Assembly (NCBI RefSeq): GCF_963921235.1
Contig: NC_086108.1
Coordinates: 102,984,001-103,048,000 of the forward strand
Length of the DNA: 64,000 bases
From: Mobula hypostoma
Lineage: Eukaryota
Reading direction: 5' to 3'
Every line of letters starts with the position of its first letter. Within the stretch, counting starts at the first letter, position 1. A model generated the notes under the pieces. It was given only the letters and a program-made list of their open reading frames with translations. It was not told where the DNA came from and ran no database searches. Below, in pieces: positions 24,819-37,150 of this stretch. Made by a program: the position numbers and the translations under genes.

Positions 24819-26035
24819 CAGCGGTCCCTAACCACGGGGCCGCAGAGCATGTGCTACCGGGCCGCGAGGAAACGATATGATTTGGTGATATGAGTCAGTT
24901 GCACCTTCCCTCATTCCCCGTCACGCCCACTGTTGAGCTTGAACACACGCGAGGTCATTAACAGCACGTCATCCACGTCAGCGCGGGAAGAAGATCAACT
25001 CCTCGAGCTTGCAAATGACAGTGGGCTGAAAAGTATGTTTGACATAACATCTCTGCCGGCATTCTGGATCAAAGTTAAGGCTGAATATCCTGAGATAGCC
25101 ACGAAAGCACTGAAAACGTTGCTTTCATTTCCAACATATTTCTGCCAAGCGGAGTTTTCTGCAATGAATGCAACGAAAACTAAATTGCGGAATAGACTGG
25201 ACATTAGGAACCCCATTCGAGTATCGCTGTCTCCCATCACCCCTCGATAGGATCGTGTTGTTACAGGAAAACAAGCCCAGGGCTCCCACCGAATCAGCGA
25301 TATTGGTGTGTTGCAATGATTTTATATGTTCATACGGGGAAAATATGTGCCGTGTGTTTAATATCCAAACATAAAATGTTACAATGCTATTGACCGATAA
25401 GTGACTTATATAACCATATAACAATTACAGCACGGAAACAGGCCATCTCGGCCCTTCTAGTCCGTGCTGAAAACTCCTCTCACCTAGTCCCACCGACCTG
25501 CACTCAGACCATAACCCTCCATTCCTTTCCTGTCCATATACCTATCCAAATTTTCTTTAAATAATATCGAACCTGCCTCTACCACTTCTACTGGAAGTTC
25601 GTTCAACGCTTACTTCAAGGTTCCTGTCCTCCCCTGATGATTGACTTATCTCTATATTCATGCGACGAAAATATGCGCTGTGTGTTTAATATTAAATTCG
25701 GTAGATAAACCCTTTTAGAAACGAAATTGAGTGTATTAGCCCCTTATTGCCAATATTCCAGTCGTGATTAACACCCCCCACCCCACCCCCCGAACAGAAT
25801 CGCCAAAAACGATTTGCAGAGAATAATATCGGCAGGTACACGCATGCGCACTGGTGCCCGCGCAAGGCTTCATGGTCATTGTAGTCTTTCTCGGGGTAAA
25901 CACAACGTATTTTTTGACTGCTACTCTTGTCCGTTGGCAACCCTACCCCCCCCCCCCCGCCCCGGGTCGGCCCGTCTGCAAGAATATTGTCAATATTAAA
26001 CCAGTCCGCAGCGCAAAAAAGGTTAGGGACCCCTG
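24819..26035 (+). mobile_element. hAT (Charlie/Buster-type) internally deleted transposon
   Basis: Inverted ends CAGCGGTCCCTAACC / GGTTAGGGACCCCTG. ORF 24933-25250 is a hATC dimerisation domain (FWIKVKAEYPEIATKALKTLL...KTKLRNRLD). Carries a CR1 3' piece at about 25410-25605. Confidence 0.85.
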
Positions 26036-26616
26036 ACGTAGACAGCTGGGACACAACAATCATGGTCGACCCTGACCAACCGTCTATAAATAAATCAATC
26101 TGAATCTGTGAGAGGATTCTAATACAGGAATAAAGATGTGATCTGACTGCTTGGAAATCTCTATGGTCTGTCATCTAGCTCACCAGGTAATTTCTCATCC
26201 TTCACCAGACCAGCAAGATTATCCCTGTTTGTATACTACAAGCTACTGTATCATTGAATCTGTTGCCACCGTGCCAGCAGTGAATTTCTGATAAGAGTAC
26301 AAGAAAATCGCATTATCTTGTATCCATTCCTTTGGCCAAATTTTTTCAATCCACATCTTCTTGTTACCTGCATTTCTCTTGGTGGAAACGTTTCCACCTG
26401 ATTTCCTCTATCAGACAAAGTCTGATTGCTTTCTGTTTGATCTACTCTGCTGCTCAGAGAGCAGTGCCGCTCTGAGATTCTTCGTCATCGATTTGGGAAA
26501 ATGACAGCAGCTGCAGAATTCGCACTCGTAGGTCGAGTACAGTTGGTGGCTGTCAGTGATCTATCGCATGTTCATAGCCTTCCCTGTCTTCAGAGAGGCC
26601 ACTTTTTCGTCCAGAG

Positions 26617-26872
26617 CAGGGGTTCCCATCCTGGGGCCCACGGACCCCTTGGTTAATGATAGAGGTCCATGGCATAAAAATGGTTGGTCCTGATCTTGAG
26701 TGGGGTCAGTATATGGAATGAGCGGCCAGGGGAAGTGGTTGAGGCAGGTGCATTAACAATGTTTAAAAATATTTGGATAGGTAAGGTTTAGTGCAGGAGT
26801 TCCAAATCTTTTTGTGCCATGGATCCCTGTCATTAACTGAGGGGTCCGTGGACCCCAGTTTGGGAACCCCTG
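26617..26872. mobile_element. Two inverted copies of the ~80-bp hAT MITE
   Basis: 26617 to about 26692, and 26794-26872 (TSD gtttagtg / gtttaatg). Same family as 5372-5451. Confidence 0.7.
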
Positions 26873-27686
26873 GTTTAATGGGATGTGGGCCAGATGCAGG
26901 CAAGTAGGACTAGCTTGGATGGGAATTCTGGTCAACGTGGACGAGTTGGGCCAGCGGGCCTGTTTCCCTGCTGTATGACTCTGGTCCTATATTTCCCAGG
27001 ATCTCTCCCTCTCTCCAGGGACCTGGATATTGTTTGCTCTATATTCACTGGGTCCTGGTAGCCTAATTTCCTTCAAGTATATCCAAACCCCTTCTTCAGA
27101 AGGATCTGATGAAAGGTGCTGTGAGCTGAAATAGTAACTGTTTCTCTCTCCATGGATGCTGCCTGACCTGCTGAGTGTCTCCAGAATATCCTGTTTTTAT
27201 CTTTCTTTATTTTTTAAAAAATATTTTGAGGGACATATACACTCTTGAGTTTAAAAGAGAGAGAGATGACCCTACTAAAGCATACAACGTCTATCTAAGC
27301 TTAGGGTGTTGAGTATGGGGATCCGTCTCAAAATAAAGTGTCTTAACTGAGATAACAAATTTCCTTACGAGGGGATAGCAATTAATTGGAATTCAGAACT
27401 TAACAAGGCCATAGAGATTCAGCCACTGAGTATGGTCGGGACAGAGGCCAACAGATATTTGCAAAAAAGCGGTTCTAAAAGATCTTTCAGATGGGAGGAG
27501 AATGTGGAAAGTCTAGCTTTGTCAGAATTCATTTCGAGAATATAAAAGCAAGGATGTCATGCTGAGGCTTTATAAGTCTTTGGTCAGACCACATTTTGGA
27601 CTATTATAAGCAGTTTTGGGTCCCCATAATCCAAGAAGGATGTGTTGATATTGGAGAGAGTTCAGAGAAGGTTCATGAAAATTATC

Positions 27687-28725
27687 CTGGGAATGGAAGG
27701 GTTAGCATAGTGTTTGACAGCCATTGGCCTGTATTTGCTGGGAATGGAAGGGTTAGCATGGTGTTTGACAGCCATTGGCCTGTATTCGCTGGGAATGGAA
27801 GGGTTAGCATGGTGTTTGACAGCCATTGGCCTGTATTTGCTGGGAATGGAAGGGTTAGCATAGTGTTTGACAGCCATTGGCCTGTATTCGCTGGGAATGG
27901 AAGGGTTAGCATGGTGTTTGACAGCTGTAAGGGGGTTTCGATTTTTATGTTACTGCGAAGGCTAATTAAAATGGCATCTTTGTTATGTTAATCTGGGGAA
28001 TGCGGCTTTGTTGTCTTAAACGTTGAGAAAGTTTGCGCTAGCAGCTTGTTGTGGTTTAGAGGGTGATAAGAAATACGTTATTAACCAATTGGGATAGTTG
28101 TTATGGTTTTGGTGTATTTGAAGATACTGTTTGCGAGGGGGTTTTGGGGGGCAGAAGGCGGGAGAGCGACCCTGAAGGTGGCCAGGGGAGCTACACAGCC
28201 ATTGGCCTGTATTCGCTGGGAATGGAAGGGTTAGCATAGTGTTTGACAGCCATTGGCCTGTATTCGCTGGGAATGGAAGGGTTAGCATGGTGTTTGACAG
28301 CCATTGGCCTGTATTCGCTGGGAATGGAAGGGTTAGCATGGTGTTTGACAGCCATTGGCCTGTATTCGCTGGGAATGGAAGGGTTAGCATGGTGTTTGAC
28401 AGCCATTGGCCTGTATTCGCTGGGAATGGAAGGGTTAGCATGGTGTTTGACAGCCATTGGCCTGTATTTGCTGGGAATGGAAGGGTTAGCATAGTGTTTG
28501 ACAGCCATTGGCCTGTATTTGCTGGGAATGGAAGGGTTAGCATAGTGTTTGACAGCCATTGGCCTGTATTTGCTGGGAATGGAAGGGTTAGCATAGTGTT
28601 TGACAGCCATTGGCCTGTATTCGCTGGGAATGGAAGGGTTAGCATAGTGTTTGACAGCCATTGGCCTGTATTGGCTGGGAATGGAAGGGTTAGCATGGTG
28701 TTTGACAGCCATTGGCCTGTATTCG
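27687..28725. repeat. 51-bp tandem repeat, 15 units
   Basis: Unit ctgggaatggaagggttagcatRgtgtttgacagccattggcctgtattYg. Starts at 27687, 27738, 27789, 27840, 27891 (interrupted), then 28216 + 51n up to 28675. Only two positions vary. Confidence 0.95.
27926..28195. mobile_element. 270-bp solo LTR-like insertion
   Basis: TGTAAG...CTACA ends; 4-bp TSD CAGC (27922-27925, 28196-28199) inside repeat unit 5. Confidence 0.8.
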
Positions 28726-29799
28726 CTGGCATTTAGAAGAATTGGGGCGGGGGGGGGGGAATCTCATTGAAACCTCCAGTGGACATGCAGAAGATGTTTT
28801 CACTGTTGGGAGAGTCAAGGACCAGTGGGCACAACCTAAGAACAGAAGGCATCACTTTAGAACAGAGATTAGGAATTTCTTTAGCCAGAGGGTGGTAAAC
28901 CTGTGGCGGCTAAATCTTTGGGTATAATTAAGATAGGTTCTTGATTAGTAAGGGTGTCAAAGGTTATGGGAAGAAGGCAGGAGAATGGGGTTGAGAGGGA
29001 TAATAAATCAGCTGATTGAATGGCAGAGTAGTCAGTGAGCCAAATGGCTTAATTCTGCTCTTATGTCTTATGGTCTTGTTTTCCTTGGAATGAAGAAGGC
29101 TGAGAAGGGACCATTAAAATTACAAAGGGAAAGATCGGGTTAGATAGAGAGAAACCTTTCTGCACTGTGACTAACCAGAAAACAGGTAGGAGATTTAAAG
29201 GGGATTTGAGGAAATATCTTTTCAGAGTAAGAACAGATTATCACTGACATACTTTGTGAAACACAGATGATTATTCATTTTCTTTCCACTCTCCCACCTG
29301 GCTCCATCAGCCTGTCACCCACTCAGTCCCCTATCCTCTCCCTTCCTCCCTTTGGTCCCATACATCTGGCATCCTTTCTTTTATGCTTTCACTCATCACC
29401 AATGTTCCATTACATTTGTAATGACCATTGTGCACGAAGATCTTGAGCTGTTCGGTTTTTTGCCCAGTGACAAGATGTGCCCATTGAATTACTGGTTCAA
29501 TAATTTCTTCAGTGAAAGCAGTTTAAACAAGCCAGTTCTAAAATCTGCAGGCAAATCATTGCAAACTCCATGTTGTCAACACCATCCACATCAGAACCAG
29601 AAAAGGAAATGTGATTGTGTACAATTGTGAAATATACTTAACAGCCCAACAAGGTAGAGCGTGACAACCTTTTGCACACAGTTTAAATTCCTTTGCGTTC
29701 TAGTAGAAAAAAGATTTGTGCACGCGCATACCTTAGAGGAAACAATACTCATAACCTTCCTTTCTTAATTAGATTCCATAATCTGATGGGTCATAAAGA

Positions 29800-30380
29800 G
29801 AGCTTTAGACACATAGGCCTTCATAAATCAGGGGACTAAGTACAGGGGTTGGGATGTTATGTTGAAGTTGTACAAGACATGGTTGAGGCTGAATTTAGAA
29901 TATTGTTTGCATTTCTGGTCGCATACTTACAGGAGAAATAACAAAAGGCTTGAAAGAGTGCAGAGAAAGTTTACAAGGATGTTGCCAGAACTTGGGGACC
30001 TGAGTCATAGGGAAAATTTGAATAGGTTTGGATTTTATTCCCTGGAGTGCAGGAGAATGAGGAGATCTTATGGTGGTATAGAGAATTATTAAGAGTTTAG
30101 ATAGAGTGAATATATGCAGGCTTTTTCCCTTCAGGTTGGCTGAGACTAAGAACTGGAGGTCATAGGTTAAGGGTAAAAGGCGAACTATTTAGGAATCTGA
30201 GGGGGATCTTCTTCACTCAGAGGCTGGCAAGAGTGTGGAATGAGCTGCCTGTGCTGGATGTGGGTTTGATTTCAGCACTTAAGGAAAGTTTGGATAGGCA
30301 CGTACATGGATAGGAGGGTTTTAGAGGGATAGATGGGAATAGGCAAAAGATCTGTTCCTGTGCTGTAGTGCTTTAGGACT
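29800..30380 (+). mobile_element. CR1 LINE 3' fragment
   Basis: ORF MLKLYKTWLRLNLEYCLHFWS...LERVQRKFTRMLP. Confidence 0.7.
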
Positions 30381-32599
30381 ATTTGTATCCCTTTATTGTC
30401 TCTGCTTATCATTTTCCAGCATTCCAGTCTCTCCATCTACCCATCAGACCCCCCTCACCTGGATACACCAATTGCTTGCCAGCTCTTGCCTTGTCCCTCC
30501 CCTCACCTCTTCACATTGGCTGTCGTCCCACTTTACACCCTTAGGGTCTTGACAAAATGTCAGTCATCCCTCTGTCTCCTCAGATGCTGCCTGACCCACT
30601 GAGTTCCTCCAGGTCCCAGTTTCTGCGATCTCTTGTTTCTCTGACTGGGATAATGGAGGCAGAAATTCTCATATCTTAGAGGTATTTAGGTGAGCACTTA
30701 AAACACCATGGCATAGAACGCCAATGGGTCAAGTGTAAGAAAATGAGCCGGGTGGAGACAGATAATTGATGGCTGGCTTGGTCACTGCAGGCCACGGGAC
30801 GTTTCTATGTTCACCGCAGATTAGCAATCATGTGGATTGTTAGATGAAGAAAGGAAAATTTCTTTAGTTTGCCTTTAACTAGCCTGGTGCCATATGAAAG
30901 AACGTGTTCAATAATTCATAGCAATTGCCTCTTGCTAATGAATGTGGCCCCGGCAGATTGATTGTGGAGACTCCAATGGTTGAGAACTTCGGAAAGCAGA
31001 ACTTCAAAGTCACACACACAGCAACCAAATCTTGCAGAGGCTGGAAAAGAAAAATAACAGTAGAGTATGCTGGAGGTGATCAGCAAATCGGGAAGCATCA
31101 GCCGAAAGAGAAACAGTTTGAAGACATTCAGAGTCAACAGCCCTTCATCACAAGTAGGGACATCAACATCTTTAAGTCTCTGTCTTTACTTCCCTCTATC
31201 CCTCTCTCCCTCTCTCCATGTGTCTCGCATGTCTCTGTATCTGTCTTGCTCTGTCGTACTCTGCCTTTTTGGCTTCTGCCTGAACAGCTGAGCATTTCCA
31301 ATATTTTATGTTCTTGGTCTAAAAGTCACCAACCCCTCCTTTGCTCTACATCTGTCTTAAATTGCTGATAATCTGCATCCCAAAAATGTTATTTTCTGGA
31401 GGAAATCTGAACCATTTTGTGAATCAGTGAGTCTAACCCTGGCTGTGTCAATGTGTCACAGTCTGACTAGTTTACCCAATGAAATACTGTTTCCTTCTTA
31501 TCAGTTCAGAATTCATGCTCTCACCCTCACTTCAAGCACAGGTCACGTCCTCTGCTTCTTACAGTCCTGGACAAAGTTAATCAGCTTGTCAAAAGTCTAC
31601 ATTATCTAATTTCTTTTGCAACCACATCACCAGCGAACAGATTTCTGCTTTGTATTACTATCACTTGTTACCTTTCTGTGCAAATAGGAGCAGCATATTT
31701 AAGTTGCATGTTTTTTTAATGTTAAAAACTGAAGCAAATGTCCAGCGGTTTAATCTACCAGGCTGGATTTCTGAATACTGTAGTTCCCTGTGGACATTGA
31801 GGCTAATTGAAAAGAGAGGTGCTTCGTATGAGAATTGTTATTAACATATTCATCAAGGTATCTTTAAGATAGCTGGATACTTTATTGATCTCAAAGGAAA
31901 TTAGTGTCACAGTAGCATTACAATCACACAGCTATACAAATATTAGAAGAGAATTAAGAAAGAATAAAAAAAATAAGTTACCTCAAACAGTCTAACACGG
32001 GGGGGGGGGGGCTCATCACTTCCCCTGGCTATAGGTTGACTCATTATAGAGCCTAATGGCCGAGGGTAAGAATGACTTCATATAGCACTCTTTGGAGCAG
32101 TGCAGTTGTCTTAGTCTATTACTGAAAGTGCTCCTCTATTCATCCAAGGTGGCATGCAGAGGGTGAGAAATATTGTCTAGAATTGCCAGGATTTTCCATA
32201 GGGTCCCTTGTTCTGCCACAGCCTCCAGTGTGTCCAGTTTGACTCCTTTTACAGAGCCAGCCTTTCTAGTCAGTTTAAGGATGTGCTTTGCTGTAACCAA
32301 CATGGTTGAGATGTGTGTGCTGATGGAATGGTGGAGCAGATCAATGGGCCTAATGACCTAATTCTGCTCCTATGTCTTCAGCATTATCTATGAACTTCTT
32401 TCTGTCAGATGGTCAGAAAGGGGAGGTATTTGCTGATGGCCATGGGTGTTGCATCCTAGATGTCTACACTGAACTCAATACACAAGCCAGCTTATCCATA
32501 CTATTCCACCCCCCCACCCCCACTAAGACCTACGATAACTTTAAGGAACTGCTGATGGTTACACGATGTTTAATTCCATTCACAACTTTTCTTCAGGAC

Positions 32600-33190
32600 T
32601 AGAGCAAGGATGTTGAGGCTTTATAAGGCACAGGTGAGGCCTCACTTGAAGATTGTGAGCAGTTTTGGTCCCCTTATCTAAGAAAGGATGTGCTGACGTT
32701 GGAGAGGGTTCAAAGAAGGTTCACGAGAATGATTTCAAGATTAAAAGGCTTGTCATACGAGAAGTATTTGATGTTGGCTCCAGGCCTCTACTCATTGAAA
32801 TTCAGAACAACCAGGGGCATCTCACTGAAATCTACTAAATGTTGAAAGGCCTTGATAGAGTAGATTTGGAGAGGATGTTCCTATGGTGAGAGAGTCTAAG
32901 ACCAGAGGACACAGCCTTTAATCTACAGGGATGTCCTTTCAGAACAGAGATAAGGAGGAATTTCTTTAGCCAGAGAGTAGCGAATCTATAGAATCTGTTG
33001 CTTGACTGTGGAGGTCAAGTCATTGGATATATTTAAGGCAGAGACTAATAGATTCTTGATTGGTCAGGGCATGAAGGCAGGAGATTGGAACTGAGGGGCA
33101 AATTGGATCAGCTATGATGAAATGGCAGAGCAGACTCGATGGGCCAAATGGCCAAATTCTGCTCCTATACAGTACCTTATGGTCTTATGC
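32600..33190 (+). mobile_element. CR1 LINE 3' fragment
   Basis: Decayed RT C-terminus and a 3' UTR ending cttatggtcttatg. Confidence 0.7.
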
Positions 33191-33384
33191 AATAGACGGT
33201 CCACTCCTGCATGCGGCAAGACCTAGACAACAATCAGATAAGTGACAAGGAATGATCATTGTCAAGAAGAAAGTCTAAGCGTCCACCTCTTACACTGAAT
33301 GACAAATACTGTTGCTTAGTCCCCAACCATCAATACACTGACCAGAAACTAGACCAGGCACAACGTAAATACAAGAAATTCAGC

Positions 33385-34510
33385 AGAATCCAGAGTAACA
33401 CACATAAAATGCTGGAGGAACTCGACAAGTCAGGCAGCAGCTATGGAGAGGAATAAACGCTACACATTTCAGGCCACAGTTCTTCATTAGCACAGGAAAA
33501 GAAGGGTGCAGAAGCCAGAATAAAAATCTGGGGTACAAGCTACATGGTGATATGTGAAAGCAGGTGGGGGGGGGTGAATGAAGTAAGAAGCTGGGAGGTG
33601 ATATGTGGAAGAGGTAAAGGCTGAAGAAAAAGGAATCTGATAGAGAGCACAGTGCACCATGGGAGAAGGGGCATCAGAAGAAGATAATGGACAGGTGAGG
33701 AGAAGAGAAGGGGTAACAGAGGAATCAGAATGGAAAATGGAAGTAGAGAAATCAATGTTCATATCGTCAGGCTGTACACTTCACCTCCACCACCCTGCTC
33801 TGTCAGATAGAACTAGTCCTCACACCCAACAATTTCTCTTTCAGCTCCTCCCATTTTTCCAAACCCAAGAGGTAGCCATGGGCACACACTTGGGCCCCAG
33901 TTATGCCTGCATTTTCGTTGACTACGTGCAACAGTCCATGTTCAAGGCCTTCACTGGTAATGCTCCCCAATTCTTTCTGCCCTACATTACAATGTATTGG
34001 CACTTCTTCACGCACCCATGCTGGGCTTGTCAATTTCATCAAACTTTGCCCCCAGCTACCACCCTGCCCTCAAATTCGCTTGGTCCATTTCTGACACCTC
34101 TCTCCCTGTTCTCAATTTCTCTGTATCCACCTCAGGAGACAGACTATCTCTTGATATATTTTCTAAACCTAGTGACTCTCACAACTATCTTGACCATACC
34201 TCATCCCACCCTGTCTCCTTTTAAAAAAAGAACTATTCTCTTTTCTCAGTTTCTTCATCTCCACCACATCTGTTTTCAGGACGAGGGCTTCCTTTTCAGA
34301 ACATTGGAGATGCCCTCCTTCAAGCGGAGGGTTTCCTTCCTCCACCATTGATGCTGCCTTCGCCCATATGCCCTCCATTTCCCCGACATGCACCCTCACC
34401 CCATTTTGTTGCTGCCTTCACAGGGATGAAGTTGCTCTTTTCCTCACCTACCATGCCATATGCCTGAGCATCCAGCACATTATTCTCTGCAACTTCTGAC
34501 ATCTTCAACA
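33385..34510 (+). mobile_element. Penelope-like element fragment with inverted 5' pLTR
   Basis: Minus-strand pLTR at about 33385-33770, then + strand RT QTQEVAMGTHLGPSYACIFVDYVQQSMF; same family as 13405-15285. Confidence 0.8.
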
Positions 34511-34999
34511 GGCGGTACTTTCTGCACGTAATAACGTGGCCCCTGTCTGTGTGCTCATGCTCTTCTGCTGCTGTAGCCCATCCACTTCAAGTTCCGAATT
34601 GTTTTGCATTCAGAGATGCTCTTCTGCACACCGTTGTTGTAACGTGTGGTTACTTGAGTTACAGTCGCCTTCCCGTCAGCTTGAACCAGTCTGGCCATTC
34701 TACTCCGAACACTCACCAACAAGGCATTTTTGCCCCAGAACTGCTGCTCACTGGATGTTTTGTTTTTGTTCTTCACACCATTCTCTGTAAACTCGAGAGA
34801 CTGTTGTGTGTGAAAACCCCAGGAGATCAGCAGTTTCTGAGTTACTCAAACTATCCTGTCTGGCACCAACAATCATTCCATGGTCAAAGTCACATTTCTT
34901 CCCCATTCTGATGTTTGATCTGAACCTTGTGTCTATGTCCGCACGCTTGGACTACGTGGGCTACACCCCAGCATTCTGAAAGGTAGCTGAAGCGTTCAT

Positions 35000-35520
35000 T
35001 TCTTCTTGGGCTTCCAGCCAGGTACAAATGTTGATTTTAACTGACATTTCAGTGACAAACCCCGCTATCTTCATCAGCCTTTGGCAGGGCACAGTAGTTT
35101 CGGTTACCCGGAAAAATCAGCGGTAGCAACACATTGCATTTGCAACGACCACAGGATTGATTTCAATGACACAATACTACTGCCACGCCAATGGCTCTTG
35201 GGACCACCTGGTGAAGGAAGCCATTGAAATAAGACGAGAGATTACAAATTTTAACAAAGACGAAAATTTTGCTGTAAGTAAGAACTGGAATACGACTTTA
35301 AACAAGGTGGGACAGCAGAAACCTGATGAAGGACTAGCCAATCAGGAGGGATGGACGTCGGGAGTTGAGTATGTATACCACAGGACTTGACGTGCCTAGG
35401 CATCAGCCTTGGTGAAGATGGTGGAGATTGCCATTGAAACATTGGTTAAAATTGACACCTATAACCAGCTGGCAGAGTTTATTTGTCATATACACCGGGA
35501 AAGCACCAGATCCTTTTTCA
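35000..35520 (+). mobile_element. Second Penelope-like family, 3' end with inverted pLTR
   Basis: KEAIEIRR...NFNKDE C-terminal motif. Inverted pair at about 35000-35078 / 35400-35475; the minus copy reads CTGATGA...GAAATGTC. Confidence 0.65.
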
Positions 35521-37150
35521 GGTTGCTGTAGAGATTGTGGCGGCATTAGTAGTGATCTTTCAAGAATCGCTAGATTCTGGAATAGCTCAGGAGGACTAGA
35601 AAATTACAAAATGTCACTCTTCAAGGGAGGGAGGCAGAAGAAAGGCAATTATAGGTCAGTTAGTCTGGCTTCAGTGATTGTGAAGATGTTGGAGTCCATT
35701 ATTAGGGATGAGGTTTCGGGGTACTTGAAGGCACTTGATAAAATAGGCCATAGCATGGTTTCCTTGAGAGGAAAATCTTGCCTGACAAATCTGTTGGTAC
35801 TTTTTGAGGAAATAACAGGCAGGGTAGACAAAGAAGAGTCAATGGATGCTGTTTACTTGGATTTTCAAAAGGTCTTTTTCAAGGTGTCTCACATGAGGCT
35901 ACTTAACAAGATAAGAGCCCATAAAGATATTACCATGGATAGAAGACTGGCTGAGAGTGGGAATAAAGGGGTCCTATCCTGGTTGGCTACCGGTGACTAG
36001 TGGTGTCCTGCATGGGTAAGTGGTGGGACCACTTCTTTTCACATTTTATGTCAGTGATTTGGTTGACAGAATTGATGGCTTTGTGGCCAAGTTTGTGTGT
36101 GATACAAAAACTAGGTGGAGGAACAGGTAGTATTGAGGAGGCAGGAAGTCTGCAGAAGATTGGGAGAAGATGGAATGTAGTGTAGGGAAGTTTATGGTCA
36201 TGTACTTTGGCAGAAGGATAAAGGTGTAGACTATTTTCTAAATGGGGAGAAAATTCAAAATGCGAAGTGCAAAGAGACTTGGGAGCCTCGTGCAGGATTC
36301 CCTAAAGGTTAATTTACAGGTTGTGTTAGTGGTAGGGAAGGCAAATACAATGTTAGCATTCATTTCGAGAGGACTAGAATACACTACAAGAGCAAGGATG
36401 TAATGCTGAGGCTTTATAAAATGTTGGTCAGACCGCACTTGGAGTATTGTGAGCAGCTGTAGGTTTCTTATTTAAGAAAAGATGTGGAGAGGGTGCAGAG
36501 GAGGTTCACGGGAATGGTTTTGGGAATAAAAGGGTTAAGGTATGTTGGCTCTGAGCCTGTGCTTGCTGGAGTTTAATAGAATGGGGGGGGGGATCTCATT
36601 GAAACCTATCAAATGTTGAAAGGCCTAGATAGAGTTCATGTGGAGAGGATCTTTCCTATCGCAGGGGAGTCTAGGACCAGAGGGCACAGCTTCAGATAGA
36701 AGGAAGTCCATTTAGAACAGAGAAGGGAGGAATTTCGCATACACGAGGAAATCTGCAGATGCTGGAATTTCAAGCAACACACATGAAAGTTGCTGGTGAG
36801 TGCAGTGGGCCAGGCATCATCTCTAGGAAGAGGTACAGTCGACATTTCGGGCTGAGACCCTGTGTCCTGACGAAGGGTCTCGGCCCAAAACGTCGACTGT
36901 ACCTCTTCCTAGAGAGGAATTTCTTTAACTAGAGGTGGTGAATCTGTGGAATACTTTGCCACAGAGAGCTTTTGGAGGCCAAGTCAGTGAGTATGTTTAA
37001 AGCAGAGGTTGATTGATTCTTGGTTACTCGGGGCATCAAAGGTTAAGTGGAGAAGGCAGGAGAATGGGGATGAGCGGGATAAATCAGCTATGATGGAATG
37101 GCAGAGCAATGGGCCGAGTGGACTAATTCTACTTCATTGTCTATGGTCTT
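35520..37150 (+). mobile_element. Decayed CR1 LINE RT and 3' UTR
   Basis: LFKGGRQKKGNYRSVSL...KSCLTNLL...VYLDFQK motifs. Confidence 0.8.
36737..36913. mobile_element. pLTR-derived fold-back insertion with hammerhead core
   Basis: 10-bp TSD gaggaatttc (36727-36736, 36914-36923). About 41-bp inverted arms 36821-36861 / 36874-36914 around gtgtc-CTGACGA. Confidence 0.8.

Larger units (their letters stand above)
27500..29080 (+). mobile_element. CR1 LINE 3' fragment hosting the minisatellite
   Basis: RT C-terminal sequence before 27687 resumes after 28730 (atttagaaga...NFFSQRVVNLW) and ends in a CR1 3' UTR. Confidence 0.8.

Noticed and set aside
24933..25250. Domesticated ZBED5/FAM200-like gene
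   Set aside because: Only the hATC fragment is present, between transposon ends.
27687..28725. CRISPR array
   Set aside because: Units are head-to-tail with no unique spacers, derive from CR1 RT sequence, and there are no cas genes; the single interruption is an LTR with a TSD.
28016..28736. Repeat-protein genes (238, 173 and 165 aa ORFs)
   Set aside because: Open frames follow from a 51-bp unit length; there is no splice or promoter support.
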